Shown here: in pieces, positions 50,827 to 62,181 of the stretch
How positions within the stretch are numbered: position 1 is the first letter of the stretch
How the letters are laid out: each line of letters begins with the position of its first letter
NCBI GenBank assembly: GCA_047602425.1
Contig: JASGHG010000001.1
Coordinates: 1,568,001 to 1,632,000 of the forward strand
Direction: 5' to 3'
DNA: 64,000 bases
From: Nibricoccus sp.
Lineage (GTDB): Bacteria > Verrucomicrobiota > Verrucomicrobiia > Opitutales > Opitutaceae
Translations under genes and position numbers: made by a program
The notes under the pieces: generated by a model
Database searches by the model: none
Told to the model about the DNA's origin: nothing
What the model saw: the letters and a program-made list of their open reading frames with translations, nothing else

Positions 50827-51714
50827 ATGAGCATTGATATCTCCGAAGTCACCGCAAAGGCCAAAGTCCTCCTCGAGGCGTTGCCCTACATACAAGATTT
50901 CCGCGGCTCCACGTTTGTCGTGAAGTATGGCGGCAGTTTCATGGACGATCCCGATCCGATCGCACGCACGCGCGTCGCCTACGACATCGCGTTTCTCGCG
51001 GCCGTCGGCATCAACGTCGTCGTCGTTCACGGCGGCGGCAAAGCGATCACACGCGCGATGGCCGAGTCCGGCTTGAAGGCAAATTTCATCAACGGCCTCC
51101 GCGTCACCGACGAAGCCACGATGCAAGTCGTGAAGAAAACGTTGAACGAAATCGTCAACAAAGACGTTTGCGACGCGATCGTTGTCGCCAAGGGCAAACC
51201 CCGCGGCATTCCAGGCGACTCCGTGCTCACCTGCGCGAAACTCGAAGAGGACGACGACGGCAACAAAGTCGACCTCGGCTACGTCGGCGATGTCACCGAG
51301 GTGAAGGTTAAGGTGATCAAAAAAGAAATCGCCGACGGTTTCGTTCCCGTCATTTCTCCCGTCGCCGAAGGCCTCGACGGCAAACCTTACAACGTAAACG
51401 CCGACGTCGCCGCCGGCCGCGTCGCCAGCGCACTGCGGGCCCGCCGCCTCGTTTACATGAGCGATGTCCCCGGCCTGCTCTCCGCGCCGCCCGACCCGGA
51501 GTCGCTCATTTCCACGCTCAAGGTGAACCAAGTCGAAGATCTAAAAAAGAAAGGCATCATCGACAAAGGCATGCGCCCGAAAGTTTCCAGCGCCGTCCGC
51601 GCCTTGCAGGAAGGCGTGCAGCGCGTCCACTTTATCGATGGCCGCCTGCCGCACAGCTTGCTGCTGGAGATTTTCACCGACAAAGGCATCGGCACCGAAA
51701 TCGTCCAGAGCTGA
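50827..51714 (+). CDS. argB: Acetylglutamate kinase
   Basis: 'EALPYIQ', 'VVKYGGS', 'VHGGG', 'NVNAD', '[13 protein letters not shown]'. Confidence 0.96.
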   Translation: MSIDISEVTAKAKVLLEALPYIQDFRGSTFVVKYGGSFMDDPDPIARTRVAYDIAFLAAVGINVVVVHGGGKAITRAMAESGLKANFINGLRVTDEATMQVVKKTLNEIVNKDVCDAIVVAKGKPRGIPGDSVLTCAKLEEDDDGNKVDLGYVGDVTEVKVKVIKKEIADGFVPVISPVAEGLDGKPYNVNADVAAGRVASALRARRLVYMSDVPGLLSAPPDPESLISTLKVNQVEDLKKKGIIDKGMRPKVSSAVRALQEGVQRVHFIDGRLPHSLLLEIFTDKGIGTEIVQS

Positions 51715-51717
51715 TCC

Positions 51718-51809
51718 AAATCTTTCTCTTTCGTCTTCCTCGCTCTCTTTATCCACGGCCGAGTTTCAGACGGGAGAAAGATGAAGAGAAAGAGAACGAA
51801 GAAAGATTT
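51718..51809. repeat. Pyrimidine-rich / purine-rich imperfect inverted repeat filling the argB-argD spacer
   Basis: AAATCTTTC...TCTCTTT arm versus GAGAAAG...GAAAGATTT arm, with roughly 6-bp periodicity. Confidence 0.65.
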
Positions 51810-51812
51810 CCC

Positions 51813-53033
<1,221 letters not shown>

Positions 53034-53095
53034 CAGCTCTGCCAGTTTTTTCTCTGGTCGACGGGAACGGTCTTGCCTATGACTGACCGTTTCCC

Positions 53096-54049
53096 ATGAA
53101 GCATTTCCTCAAAGAAACGGACCTGTCGTTGCGCGAAGCAGCGGCGGTCTTCGCGCAGGCCGCGAGCTTCAAGAAATCCCGCGGCCGGAAAACGGCGCCC
53201 GTGCTCAAAAATCAGACATGGGCCATGATTTTCTCGAAATCGAGTACGCGCACCCGAGTTTCCTTTGAGGTCGGCATCCATGAACTGGGCGGCAATCCGC
53301 TGTTTCTCAACAAGAACGACATCCAACTTGGCCGCGGTGAGACCATCGAGGACACCGCAAAAGTCCTTTCGCGTTACGTGCACGGCTTGGTCGTCCGCAC
53401 TTTCGATCACAATGACGTCGTCAAACTGGCCAACAGTTCATCGATTCCAGTGATCAACGCTCTCACTGATCTGCTGCATCCGTGCCAGATGTACTCCGAC
53501 GCGTTTACGCTGGCGGAACGTTGGGCCGGTCGGAGCAAAAATTTGCTCGGTTCGCTCAAGGGCAAAAAAATCGCGTTTGTCGGCGACACCGCCTGCAACA
53601 TGGCGAGTTCATGGGTCCTCGGCGCCAATTACTTCGGCATGAAGATTGCCGTCGCCGGTCCCAAAGGTTTTCGCCCCTCGCCTGCGTTCGATGCATTTTT
53701 GGCCACACAAGGATTCGAAGACGCCTACGAATTTACCACCGATCCGTACGAAGCCGTGCGTGGCGCCGATGTTGTCTATACGGACGTCTGGGTCAGCATG
53801 GGCAAAGAAGCCGAGTCGCAGCAGCGCTTAAAGCTCCTTCGTCCATATACGATCGATACAAAGATGTTTTCTGCGGCAAAAAAAGACGCGTTTTTCATGC
53901 ATTGCCTGCCGGCTTATGCGGGCAACGAAGCCACGCAGGAAGTCCTCGATCATCCGCGCTCGATCATCTTCGACCAGGCCGAAAACCGCCTCCACATGCA
54001 AAAGGCGATCATGGCCTTCCTCGCGAAAGCCGCGAAGTCGAAGCGTTGA
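53096..54049 (+). CDS. argF: Ornithine carbamoyltransferase
   Basis: 'SSTRTR', 'HPCQ', 'YTDVWVSMG', 'HCLP', 'QAENRLH'. Confidence 0.96.
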   Translation: MKHFLKETDLSLREAAAVFAQAASFKKSRGRKTAPVLKNQTWAMIFSKSSTRTRVSFEVGIHELGGNPLFLNKNDIQLGRGETIEDTAKVLSRYVHGLVVRTFDHNDVVKLANSSSIPVINALTDLLHPCQMYSDAFTLAERWAGRSKNLLGSLKGKKIAFVGDTACNMASSWVLGANYFGMKIAVAGPKGFRPSPAFDAFLATQGFEDAYEFTTDPYEAVRGADVVYTDVWVSMGKEAESQQRLKLLRPYTIDTKMFSAAKKDAFFMHCLPAYAGNEATQEVLDHPRSIIFDQAENRLHMQKAIMAFLAKAAKSKR

Positions 54050-54053
54050 GATT

Positions 54054-54508
54054 TTTTAACCGCGAATGGACGCGAATTAACGCGAATACTCCATGGCTGC
54101 GAACGATGTTCTGCTTCGGGATGAAGTGTTTCGCATCGTTGGTGCGGCGTTGGAGGTGATCAATTCGCTTGGTCACGGGCTACATGAGAAGCCGTATGAA
54201 AATGCGCTGGTGGTGGAATTTGGTTTGGCGAAAATACCCATTGAACAGCAGAAACGTTTTCCCGTGCTCTACAAAGGCGTGCAAGTGTCGGAGTACGTAC
54301 CCGACCTCATCGCGTTTGGTAGCGTGGTCGTGGACGCCAAGGTGGTCGACCGAATCACCGACCACGAACGCGGCCAGATGCTGAATTACCTCCGAATCAG
54401 CGGCCTAAAAGTTGGAGTACTCTTAAATTTCCAGCGCGCAAAGCTTGAGTGGGAGCGTGTAGTGTTGTCCGATCATTCGCGTTAATTCGCGTCCATTCGC
54501 GGTTAAAA
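54054..54508. mobile_element. Putative 455-bp element: GxxExxY gene flanked by perfect 34-bp inverted repeats
   Basis: TTTTAACCGCGAATGGACGCGAATTAACGCGAAT at 54054-54087 with its exact reverse complement at 54475-54508; mobility is inferred. Confidence 0.7.
54093..54485 (+). CDS. GxxExxY protein (PD-(D/E)XK nuclease fold)
   Basis: 'LGHGLHEKPYENAL' (GxxExxY), 'PDLIAFGSVVVDAK', 'QMLNYL', 'GVLLNF'. Confidence 0.92.
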   Translation: MAANDVLLRDEVFRIVGAALEVINSLGHGLHEKPYENALVVEFGLAKIPIEQQKRFPVLYKGVQVSEYVPDLIAFGSVVVDAKVVDRITDHERGQMLNYLRISGLKVGVLLNFQRAKLEWERVVLSDHSR

Positions 54509-54527
54509 TTTTAAAATCCATTCCATT

Positions 54528-55754
54528 ATGAAAATCGTCCTCGCTTACTCCGGCGGACTCGACACGTCCGTCATCGTCAAGTGGCTCAAGGAAACATACG
54601 ACGCCGAAATCGTCACTTTCGCGACCGACGTCGGCCAGGAAGAGGAACTTCGTGGCCTCGATAAAAAAGCCAAGCGGACCGGCGCCTCTAAACACTACAC
54701 GCTCGATCTCGTCGAAGAATTTGCCCGCGACTTCATCTTCCCGATGATCCGCGCCAACGCTATTTACGAGGGCCAGTATTATCTCGGCACCTCGATCGCG
54801 CGTCCGCTCATCGCCAAAGCGCAGGTCGAAATCGCCCACAAGGAAAAAGCCGACACCGTCGCGCACGGCGCCACCGGCAAAGGCAACGACCAATGCCGCT
54901 TCGAGCTCACGTACATGGCGCTAGATCCAAAACTCCAGATTATTGCTCCATGGAAACTGGAAAACTATCGCGCTGAATTCCCCGGCCGCGCCGAGATGAT
55001 CGCCTACTGCGCAAAGCACAATATTCCCGTCGAAGCTTCGCTCAAGAAGCCATACTCGATGGACCGCAACCTTCTTCACATCTCCTACGAAGCCGGCATT
55101 CTCGAAGATCCGTGGTTCGACCCGACGACGAAGGAAAACAAGGGCATGTTCAAACTCTCCGTCTCGCCGGAAGACGCACCCGACAAACCCGAGTACGTCG
55201 AAATCGATTTCGAAAAAGGCAACGCCGTCGCGATCAACGGCAAGAAGCTCACGCCCGGCGCGCTGCTCAAAGCCCTCAACAAGCTCGGCGGCAAACATGG
55301 TATCGGCCGTGTTGACCTCGTGGAAAACCGTTTCGTCGGCATGAAGAGCCGTGGCGTGTACGAGACCCCCGGTGGCACGATCCTCATGCAGGCGCACCGC
55401 CAGGTGGAATCGCTCACGCTCGACCGCGAAGTGCTCCAACTCCGCGACAGCCTGATCCCGAAATACGCGCAACTCGTGTACAATGGTTTCTGGTTCGCAC
55501 CGGAACGCGAAGCGCTTCAAGCCCTCGTCGACGAAAGCCAGCGTTACGTCAGCGGCACGGTTCGGCTCAAGCTTTACAAAGGCAACATCATCACCTGCGG
55601 CCGCAAGTCGAAGTACTCCATGTACGACGACAAGATCGCGTCGATGGAAGGCGTGAAGAGCTGGTACAACCAGAGCGACGCCACCGGCTTCATCCGCCTC
55701 AACGGCCTGCGCCTCCGCGCCCGCAACCTCTCACAAGGCGGCCCGAAGATCTGA
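54528..55754 (+). CDS. argG: Argininosuccinate synthase
   Basis: '[10 protein letters not shown]', '[10 protein letters not shown]', '[17 protein letters not shown]'. Confidence 0.97.
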   Translation: MKIVLAYSGGLDTSVIVKWLKETYDAEIVTFATDVGQEEELRGLDKKAKRTGASKHYTLDLVEEFARDFIFPMIRANAIYEGQYYLGTSIARPLIAKAQVEIAHKEKADTVAHGATGKGNDQCRFELTYMALDPKLQIIAPWKLENYRAEFPGRAEMIAYCAKHNIPVEASLKKPYSMDRNLLHISYEAGILEDPWFDPTTKENKGMFKLSVSPEDAPDKPEYVEIDFEKGNAVAINGKKLTPGALLKALNKLGGKHGIGRVDLVENRFVGMKSRGVYETPGGTILMQAHRQVESLTLDREVLQLRDSLIPKYAQLVYNGFWFAPEREALQALVDESQRYVSGTVRLKLYKGNIITCGRKSKYSMYDDKIASMEGVKSWYNQSDATGFIRLNGLRLRARNLSQGGPKI

Positions 55755-55778
55755 GCCTAACGATTCAAAATCTCTAAC

Positions 55779-55813
55779 AAAAAGCCAGCCACCGAAATGG
55801 GGCTGGCTTTTTT
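55779..55813 (+). terminator. Intrinsic terminator after argG
   Basis: AAAAAGCCAGCC/GGCTGGCTTTTT stem. Confidence 0.85.
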
Positions 55814-55946
55814 GTGGCCGAGATTTTCAGTGAGTTATTTCACGAGCTCGAAGGGTGACTTTAATTGAGGTGCGGACGGTCGTGGTCGCGGCTCGGAAAG
55901 CGAATGCGATGTTGAGGATTTTTGCGGAGGTGCAAACGTATGCGCC

Positions 55947-56408
55947 ATGCCATCCAAACCCATCCCCGGTTCCACCGGTGAAGTGCTCACGTGTTTGCCG
56001 TCGCCGTATTTGCCGCATGCGGCGACCGGGCTTTTGTACCTGCCCCGTTTTCTCGCGAAGTGCAAATACACCAAGGAGCACGGTGCGCTGCCGAAGAGTT
56101 ATGCGAAAAATTACAAGCGCGGGATCGATCGTTTTCTCTGTTTGCACCTCGGCATCGATCCAAACGCCGTGGAAAAAATCGTGCATGAGTCGGCGGACGA
56201 CGTGGAGATCGAGACGAAATTGCGTGCGCTATTTCCGGCCGACGTGCGTGCGGCAAAATGGAATCGCGAGCTTGTGCAAAAAGGTATGACGCCAGCAGGC
56301 CGCGATTTTTTGAAAGAGGCGCTGACAGCGATGGGTTGCCTCGATCGCGTCGATCAGATCATCAGCGTGCCGGACTTGATCGATTTCGATGAAGGCCGCA
56401 TCGAGTGA
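55947..56408 (+). CDS. DUF5069-like hypothetical protein
   Basis: 'LPSPY...GLLYLPRFLAK', C-terminal 'DLIDFDEGR'. Confidence 0.7.
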   Translation: MPSKPIPGSTGEVLTCLPSPYLPHAATGLLYLPRFLAKCKYTKEHGALPKSYAKNYKRGIDRFLCLHLGIDPNAVEKIVHESADDVEIETKLRALFPADVRAAKWNRELVQKGMTPAGRDFLKEALTAMGCLDRVDQIISVPDLIDFDEGRIE

Positions 56409-56486
56409 AATGCGATAGCCCAAGGATTTGCGCGGAGGGTAATTTCTTGAGTTTCACATTTCAAAAATCCCGTTAAGGTATTCGCC

Positions 56487-56822
56487 ATGGTCAAAGGACA
56501 ACGAGTCGTCTGCATCAACGATAGCTTCAGCCAATTCGTCCGGGCGCTGTATAAGCAGCTTCCGGTCAAGGATAAGACCTACACCATTCGCGAGGTGTTT
56601 TTGGGGCGCGAGAAGATCGTGAAGGGCGATGACACCGCTACCGTTGGTCTTCTGCTCGAAGAATTACACAATCCGCCCGATCCGTTTCACGCGGGCCAGC
56701 AGGAACTGGGGTTTTCTTCGGAGCGTTTCGCGCTGCTCGACGAATTGCCCGACGAGGAAAACGTTGAGGAAGAAGTCGCCGCCGGCGTGATCGGTTTCCC
56801 GAGCCAGGTGGGCGTAAACTGA
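56487..56822 (+). CDS. Hypothetical protein
   Basis: Clean 111-aa ORF 'GQRVVCIND...YTIR...GFSSERF' with acidic tail. Confidence 0.7.
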   Translation: MVKGQRVVCINDSFSQFVRALYKQLPVKDKTYTIREVFLGREKIVKGDDTATVGLLLEELHNPPDPFHAGQQELGFSSERFALLDELPDEENVEEEVAAGVIGFPSQVGVN

Positions 56823-56880
56823 GCGCACGCCGCCAGCCGCTTCGACGGACGCGCGCAGGGACGATTGAGTTTGGTTTGGC

Positions 56881-57780
56881 TTAACGGCTGCCTGTCGCGG
56901 CGGCAGGCAGGTTTTTGAGGAAAAGCCAGAGAGCGCCGAGTTCGGTGTCATTCATTTGGCCGAATGCGCGCGGCATCACCGGACTGATTTCCGTGCCATT
57001 GGGGCGCCGGCCGGTGCGAAGCGTATTGATGAAATCGGTTTCGCTCCAGTTGGCGACGGCCGCTTTTTCGTGCGTCGTGAGATTGGCGGCGGCTGGCCAA
57101 TCGGGCGGTGCGCCAGTGATTGGGCCGCCAGAGTAGTTCGACCCATGGCACCCGGCGCAGCCCGCCGCAAGATAGCGGCCGTAGTCGACCGACCGAGCAA
57201 CTTTCACGGAAGCAGGTTTCAGGTTGGCGTGATCAATGACTTCGGCCGCAATCGGAAATTTCCCTGTCACGACGAGTACGCGGCCGACCGGTCCCAAAGC
57301 AATTGGCACCCGGGCGCGGTCGACAGGAGCGACGGTTTTCAAATAGGCAATAAGCGCTCCGAGATCTTCATCGCTGAAATGAGAAAATTCCTGCGACGGC
57401 ATGAGAAACAGCGGACGGCCCTCTTTGCTCACTCCATGCCGAATGGCCCGGACCCAATCCTCATCGCTAAAATTGGCGGCCAAACCTCCGTTGCCTCGCG
57501 TAAGGTTTGGGCCGTAGAGGCGGCCAATGGGTACGTTTTCGACGACCTTCGCGCCCGCAAAATCGGCACCGTGGCAGTCGATGCAGCCGCGCGTTTGTGC
57601 AATGTGACGCCCTTGCTCGATCGCAGCTGGGTCATTGGGAATGGTTAATGGATTGGCGGTGATACGATAGGTGCGGCGAAGCCGGCTATTACTCATCAAA
57701 TAGACGGTAGTAGCCGCTACGACAATTAACAGAATGATGCCCGCGAGAGCCCAGACGGTGTACTTCAATAACTTACGCAT
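56881..57780 (-). CDS. Membrane-anchored di-heme cytochrome c
   Basis: Two CxxCH motifs (CIDCH, CAGCH), 'PNLT', 'MP' axial motifs, N-terminal TM, GGAGG RBS. Confidence 0.9.
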   Translation of the reverse strand: MRKLLKYTVWALAGIILLIVVAATTVYLMSNSRLRRTYRITANPLTIPNDPAAIEQGRHIAQTRGCIDCHGADFAGAKVVENVPIGRLYGPNLTRGNGGLAANFSDEDWVRAIRHGVSKEGRPLFLMPSQEFSHFSDEDLGALIAYLKTVAPVDRARVPIALGPVGRVLVVTGKFPIAAEVIDHANLKPASVKVARSVDYGRYLAAGCAGCHGSNYSGGPITGAPPDWPAAANLTTHEKAAVANWSETDFINTLRTGRRPNGTEISPVMPRAFGQMNDTELGALWLFLKNLPAAATGSR

Positions 57781-58018
57781 GGAGGTGTTGTAGATGTTAA
57801 AACTTATGCAGTGGTGAAGTATATTTTATGGATTTGACGGACAATGTTACAAAGAAAGTGAGCTTTTTTCCAAACAACCCGCTACCTGCAAACGTACGGC
57901 AAAAAAACCTCATGGAATTCCTGTAACAATGCCTGCGAAAAACCTAAGAAGAGATATCAGTAGTCTGTAGTTGGCCGACCCGGTCGACTGCGCGTCTTAC
58001 CACACAACCAGTCTCTAT

Positions 58019-58729
58019 ATGAAAATAATCGTCCCATTCCTCCGCGTTGCCTCGGCCTGTCTGCTTGTTGCCGCTCTCGCCACGCAAGCCTCCGCCTTCG
58101 AAGGCAAAATTGATATGAAAAACACCGTCGGCAAAGACAGCACGCCGATGACTTTCTTCGTTAAAGGTCCCTTGATGCGAATGGAAATGAAGGCGTCGGG
58201 CGGAAAACGCAAAGGCGGCGAGGAAACTGCGGTCATGCTCCTCAACACAGAAACGCAAGAGGCGACCATGCTCATGGAGAAAGACAAAATGTACATGGTG
58301 CTCAAAATGCCCAAGGACCAGATCGAGCAGGCGCAAAAGGACAATGCCATGGAATTCAAGGCCACCGGTCGGAAGGAGAAAATCGCCGGCGTGGACGCAG
58401 AGGAATACATCGGCACCTCCAAAAAACAATACGTGGAAATCTGGGTCACGAAGGAGCTCGGAAAGTTCATGATGGCAAATCCGGGCGGACCGATGGGCGG
58501 CAAGAAAAAGACCGACCCGTGGCAGGTATTTGCTGAAAAAGAAAATTTCTTCCCGCTACGCACGATCACACGTGCGAAAGAAGGAGCTCCGGAAGAAAGC
58601 CGGATGGAAGTCACCGCCATCGATAAGAGCAAACAAGCCGACTCCCTTTTCAAGCCGCCAGCCGACTATCAGAAATTCGAAATGCCCAACATGGGCGATA
58701 TGATGCGGGGCATGGGACCGGGAAGATAA
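58019..58729 (+). CDS. Exported DUF4412-like protein
   Basis: Signal peptide 'ASA|FEG', 'TGRKEKIAGV', 'EIWVT', 'LFKPPADY'. Confidence 0.8.
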   Translation: MKIIVPFLRVASACLLVAALATQASAFEGKIDMKNTVGKDSTPMTFFVKGPLMRMEMKASGGKRKGGEETAVMLLNTETQEATMLMEKDKMYMVLKMPKDQIEQAQKDNAMEFKATGRKEKIAGVDAEEYIGTSKKQYVEIWVTKELGKFMMANPGGPMGGKKKTDPWQVFAEKENFFPLRTITRAKEGAPEESRMEVTAIDKSKQADSLFKPPADYQKFEMPNMGDMMRGMGPGR

Positions 58730-58753
58730 TGGCGAAACTTTGTCAGACGTGCT

Positions 58754-58788
58754 CACCCCGGGAGTTGGTCCCGGGGTGTTTTATTTTT
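58754..58788 (+). terminator. Intrinsic terminator
   Basis: CACCCCGGGA/TCCCGGGGTG stem plus T-rich tail. Confidence 0.8.
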
Positions 58789-58840
58789 AGCGGCGAAACA
58801 TGCCGCTGATTTCCGCGAATTTTCCCGCGCAATTACTCAA

Positions 58841-59251
58841 CTATTTGCCTGATCCAAATTTCAGGATCGTCGCGAACTCTTCCGGTTTCAATGGCACCAC
58901 TGAGAGCCGGCCTTGGCGCACCAGCATGATGTTCGAAAGCGATTTCTCCACCTTGATTTGATCGAGCGTCACCGGGCTCGGCAAACTGCGCACTGCCTTA
59001 AGTTCAACGGCAGACCAATCGCCGTCATCGGCCGTTTGATCGGGAAAGGCTTCTTTCGTCACCTCGGCCAAACCGACAACGGCTTTTGTGGTCACGCTTT
59101 CATAGAAAAGCACCTGATCGCCCTTGCGCATGGCTCGCAGATTATTCCGCGCAGCGAAATTTCTCACTCCAGTCCACGCCGTTTTCTTTTCACGCAGAAA
59201 AGTTTCCCACGAATAGGCCTCGGGTTCGGATTTCACAAGCCAGTGTTGCAT
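58841..59251 (-). CDS. EVE-domain protein
   Basis: 'WLVKSEP', 'WTGVRNFAARNNLRAM..GDQVLFY', 'RLSVVP'. Confidence 0.92.
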   Translation of the reverse strand: MQHWLVKSEPEAYSWETFLREKKTAWTGVRNFAARNNLRAMRKGDQVLFYESVTTKAVVGLAEVTKEAFPDQTADDGDWSAVELKAVRSLPSPVTLDQIKVEKSLSNIMLVRQGRLSVVPLKPEEFATILKFGSGK

Positions 59252-59302
59252 CGCGAATGGAGTATGCGCGTCGGCTCGCTTTGCAAACCGACGCGCCAAA
59301 AA

Positions 59303-60442
59303 TCACTCGTTCACGTGCACGACCGTCGCTGGCGGGAAGCCGTTGAAATAAGTCGAGGACGCGTGGCTGTAAGCGCCGATATTGGTGCTGTAAACGAGGT
59401 CGCCACGCTCAAGCGCGGGCAGGTTTTCAGCCATCGAAACGACATCGAGCGCATCGCAGGTCGGGCCGAAGACCGCGCTGATCTGCGTCGCGCCTTTCTT
59501 GAAGGCTTTGATCGGATAGTGGCAGTGATCGAAGATGACTCCCGAGTAGGTGTGATAAACACCGTCGTTGATGTAGTAGCAGGGCTTGCCGTCACGGACG
59601 GCCTTGCCGACGACCGACGACACAGCATAACCAGCCGTTGCCACCAAAAACCGGCCCGGTTCGGCTAAGATTTGGATGTTCTTCGGAAAGAGGCGTGTGA
59701 TCTCGGAATTGATGACCTTTGCGAGTTCCTTGAATGGCTTCACCGTGGCGTCGTATGGAGCGGGGAAACCGCCACCGATATCGACGAGGTTCATCTTCGT
59801 GTAACCGCGATCCTGGGCTTCCTTGAAGATGTTTGCGGTAAGATTTAGCGCTTGGACGTAGTTGTCGAAATTCGTCGTCTGACTGCCGACGTGGAAGCTG
59901 ATGCCTTCGACGGTCAGGCCAACACGGTCGGCTTCGAGAATCAGGTCAACGGCTTCGCCCGGTGACGCCCCGAATTTCGAGGAGAGCTCGACCATGGCGC
60001 CGGTGTTCGGGACCTTGAGGCGAAGCGCGAGGCCAGCCTGCGGCGCGTGCTTTTTGATTTTGTGGATCTCCTCGAGATTGTCGAAAGTGACGAGCGGCTT
60101 GTACTTATTGAGTTCCTCAAGCGTGTTCGTCGGCTTGGTGGGATTTGCGTAGATGATTTTATCCCAGATCCAATCCTGCCGCTGCTTCGCGGGCATATGC
60201 TTGATGTTTTCGTAGACGATCTTGAACTCCGGCATCGAAGCGACGTCGAAGCTCGAACCTTCCTTGTAGAGGGTGCGCACGATCGCCGGATCGGAATTTG
60301 CCTTTACGGCGAAATAAACCTGCACGCGGGGCAGATACTTTTTGAACTGCCGGTAATTCGCACGCAGCGCATCGTGGTCGATGACGAAGAGAGGCGTGCC
60401 GTTTTCTTTTGCGAGCGACTGGAGCTTGGCCAACGAGATCAT
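59303..60442 (-). CDS. Type III PLP-dependent ornithine/lysine decarboxylase
   Basis: 'FAVKAN', 'FDVAS', 'SFHVGSQ', 'DIGGGF', 'EPGRF', 'GPTCD', 'FNGF'. Confidence 0.92.
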   Translation of the reverse strand: MISLAKLQSLAKENGTPLFVIDHDALRANYRQFKKYLPRVQVYFAVKANSDPAIVRTLYKEGSSFDVASMPEFKIVYENIKHMPAKQRQDWIWDKIIYANPTKPTNTLEELNKYKPLVTFDNLEEIHKIKKHAPQAGLALRLKVPNTGAMVELSSKFGASPGEAVDLILEADRVGLTVEGISFHVGSQTTNFDNYVQALNLTANIFKEAQDRGYTKMNLVDIGGGFPAPYDATVKPFKELAKVINSEITRLFPKNIQILAEPGRFLVATAGYAVSSVVGKAVRDGKPCYYINDGVYHTYSGVIFDHCHYPIKAFKKGATQISAVFGPTCDALDVVSMAENLPALERGDLVYSTNIGAYSHASSTYFNGFPPATVVHVNE

Positions 60443-60527
60443 GGTTATTTTCAGATGATAGGGTTGGCCGGAATAGCAAGTGGAACCACGCGACGCCGGC
60501 CCGGCGCGAGGAAGAAATTAGCTGCGC

Positions 60528-61979
60528 TCAACGTCCGTCCTGAATGAGGAAGTTCTTGAACTGCCACGGATCTTTCATGTCGAGGTCGGGTTTGTTATAA
60601 CCGTTAAACTCGTTGTGGTAATCGCGCAGCGGCGTCCAATCGGAGGACTTCGAGATATATTTGCCGAGATAAGGCTTGGCGATGCCGAGAACGTACTCGT
60701 GCGGAAGCTCATCAGGAACAACCACGCCCTCCTCGGGATTTTCGATCATCCACATCGTTGCCGCGGTGACGGAAATCGCGACCTGCATCGTCGTCGCGTT
60801 CTGATGCGGAACGAGTTTGCGCGATTGCTCGATGCTCAAATCGCTGCCGATCCACCATGAATTGTAAGCGTGACCCATGAGCAAGGCGCCGAGGATATCG
60901 GAACCGCTCGTGATCTCGTCATTCATAATGCGAAGCTTCGACTGGAGCTTGTAGTCGTAGCCACGCAGCTCGTTGAGCGAGGCAATGGCACAATCGCAGG
61001 GACAATAAGCGTAATGAACGGTCGGACGGTAAACGGCTTTGCCCTTTTCCAGAACCGTGAGCTTGTCCGAGATGGTAAACGCCTCGCCGTGGCGGACAAC
61101 CATTCCATGGATGGAATAGTTCGGCACCCACGTGCGCACCCAGGTGTTCATGCCCATGCGCGCGAGGCAGATTTGATTACGTGGGCCTTCCTTATGCTGA
61201 TAGGCGAAAGCCGGAAGCGTTTTCTCGTGCGTGCCCCACCCTAGCTCCGACGTGGTGATGCCTTCTTCGCGGAAACCTTCGATCGACCAGGTGTTGACGA
61301 ATTCGTCGACCTGCTTGGGTTGATCGGTGATCTGCGTATCGCGCTCGGAAACGTGAATGACCTTCACGCCGAGTTTTTGAGCCAGGACGTTGAAAGTCTG
61401 GTCCTTGATGAGTTGGGCAATCTCCTCGGCTTTTTTGCCGGTAAGCTTTTTATCGGCAATCAAGTTCTGACCGATATCGATCAAACCCTGTTTGGTGAAA
61501 TGCGAAATCAGGCCAGGGTTCGCACCGTGTTCGATGACGGCGGTCGGGCCCTTGACCTTCCACTTCGCCGTCATCCGGCGCAGGTTCATGTGGCGCCAAT
61601 AGAGCGTTTTTTCCGTCGGATGTTTGCCGGATTTGTAGGGATCCCACAGTTCAGTCGAAGTGTTGATATAGCGCACGCCGTTGTCGTGGCACCACTGGAG
61701 AATTTCCAAGGCATCGATGTTCCAAGCGAGATCGATGAGGATGTCACCTTGGCCGACGTGCTTGCCGAGAAGCTTGCTGAGATTCTCCTCAGTCACGCGG
61801 TCCTTCACGAAGCGCACGCCCTTGGCGGTCCACTTCTTCAGCTTCTCCCGGCGGTCTTCGAAGTCCATGATCGTGACGTTCTTCGCCGGCACTTTGATGT
61901 GCTTGAACAGGATCGGAAGCGTGCATTCGGCGACAGCACCATAACCAACAAACAGAACTTTATTATTAAACGTAATCAT
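60528..61979 (-). CDS. hss: Homospermidine synthase
   Basis: 'HGANPGLISHF', 'EFVNTWSIEG', 'YRPTVHYAY', 'NATTMQV', 'DPWQFKNF'. Confidence 0.92.
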   Translation of the reverse strand: MITFNNKVLFVGYGAVAECTLPILFKHIKVPAKNVTIMDFEDRREKLKKWTAKGVRFVKDRVTEENLSKLLGKHVGQGDILIDLAWNIDALEILQWCHDNGVRYINTSTELWDPYKSGKHPTEKTLYWRHMNLRRMTAKWKVKGPTAVIEHGANPGLISHFTKQGLIDIGQNLIADKKLTGKKAEEIAQLIKDQTFNVLAQKLGVKVIHVSERDTQITDQPKQVDEFVNTWSIEGFREEGITTSELGWGTHEKTLPAFAYQHKEGPRNQICLARMGMNTWVRTWVPNYSIHGMVVRHGEAFTISDKLTVLEKGKAVYRPTVHYAYCPCDCAIASLNELRGYDYKLQSKLRIMNDEITSGSDILGALLMGHAYNSWWIGSDLSIEQSRKLVPHQNATTMQVAISVTAATMWMIENPEEGVVVPDELPHEYVLGIAKPYLGKYISKSSDWTPLRDYHNEFNGYNKPDLDMKDPWQFKNFLIQDGR

Positions 61980-62181
61980 GATTTAGCGGACTTTTTTCCG
62001 CATACGCCGCGTCCGGGGTCGGAACGCTTCGAGCGCATGCGCGAAGATGTTGCACGAGTGGTGTGGAAACACGCGCGTCTGACAAGCAGTTTTCCGAGGG
62101 AAAACGCAGGAATTTGCGCGAATCGAAAAAATCGGTCCGGCGCCGTGTGACGTTGCGGTGTCGAAAAAAATCCGCGCAGCC

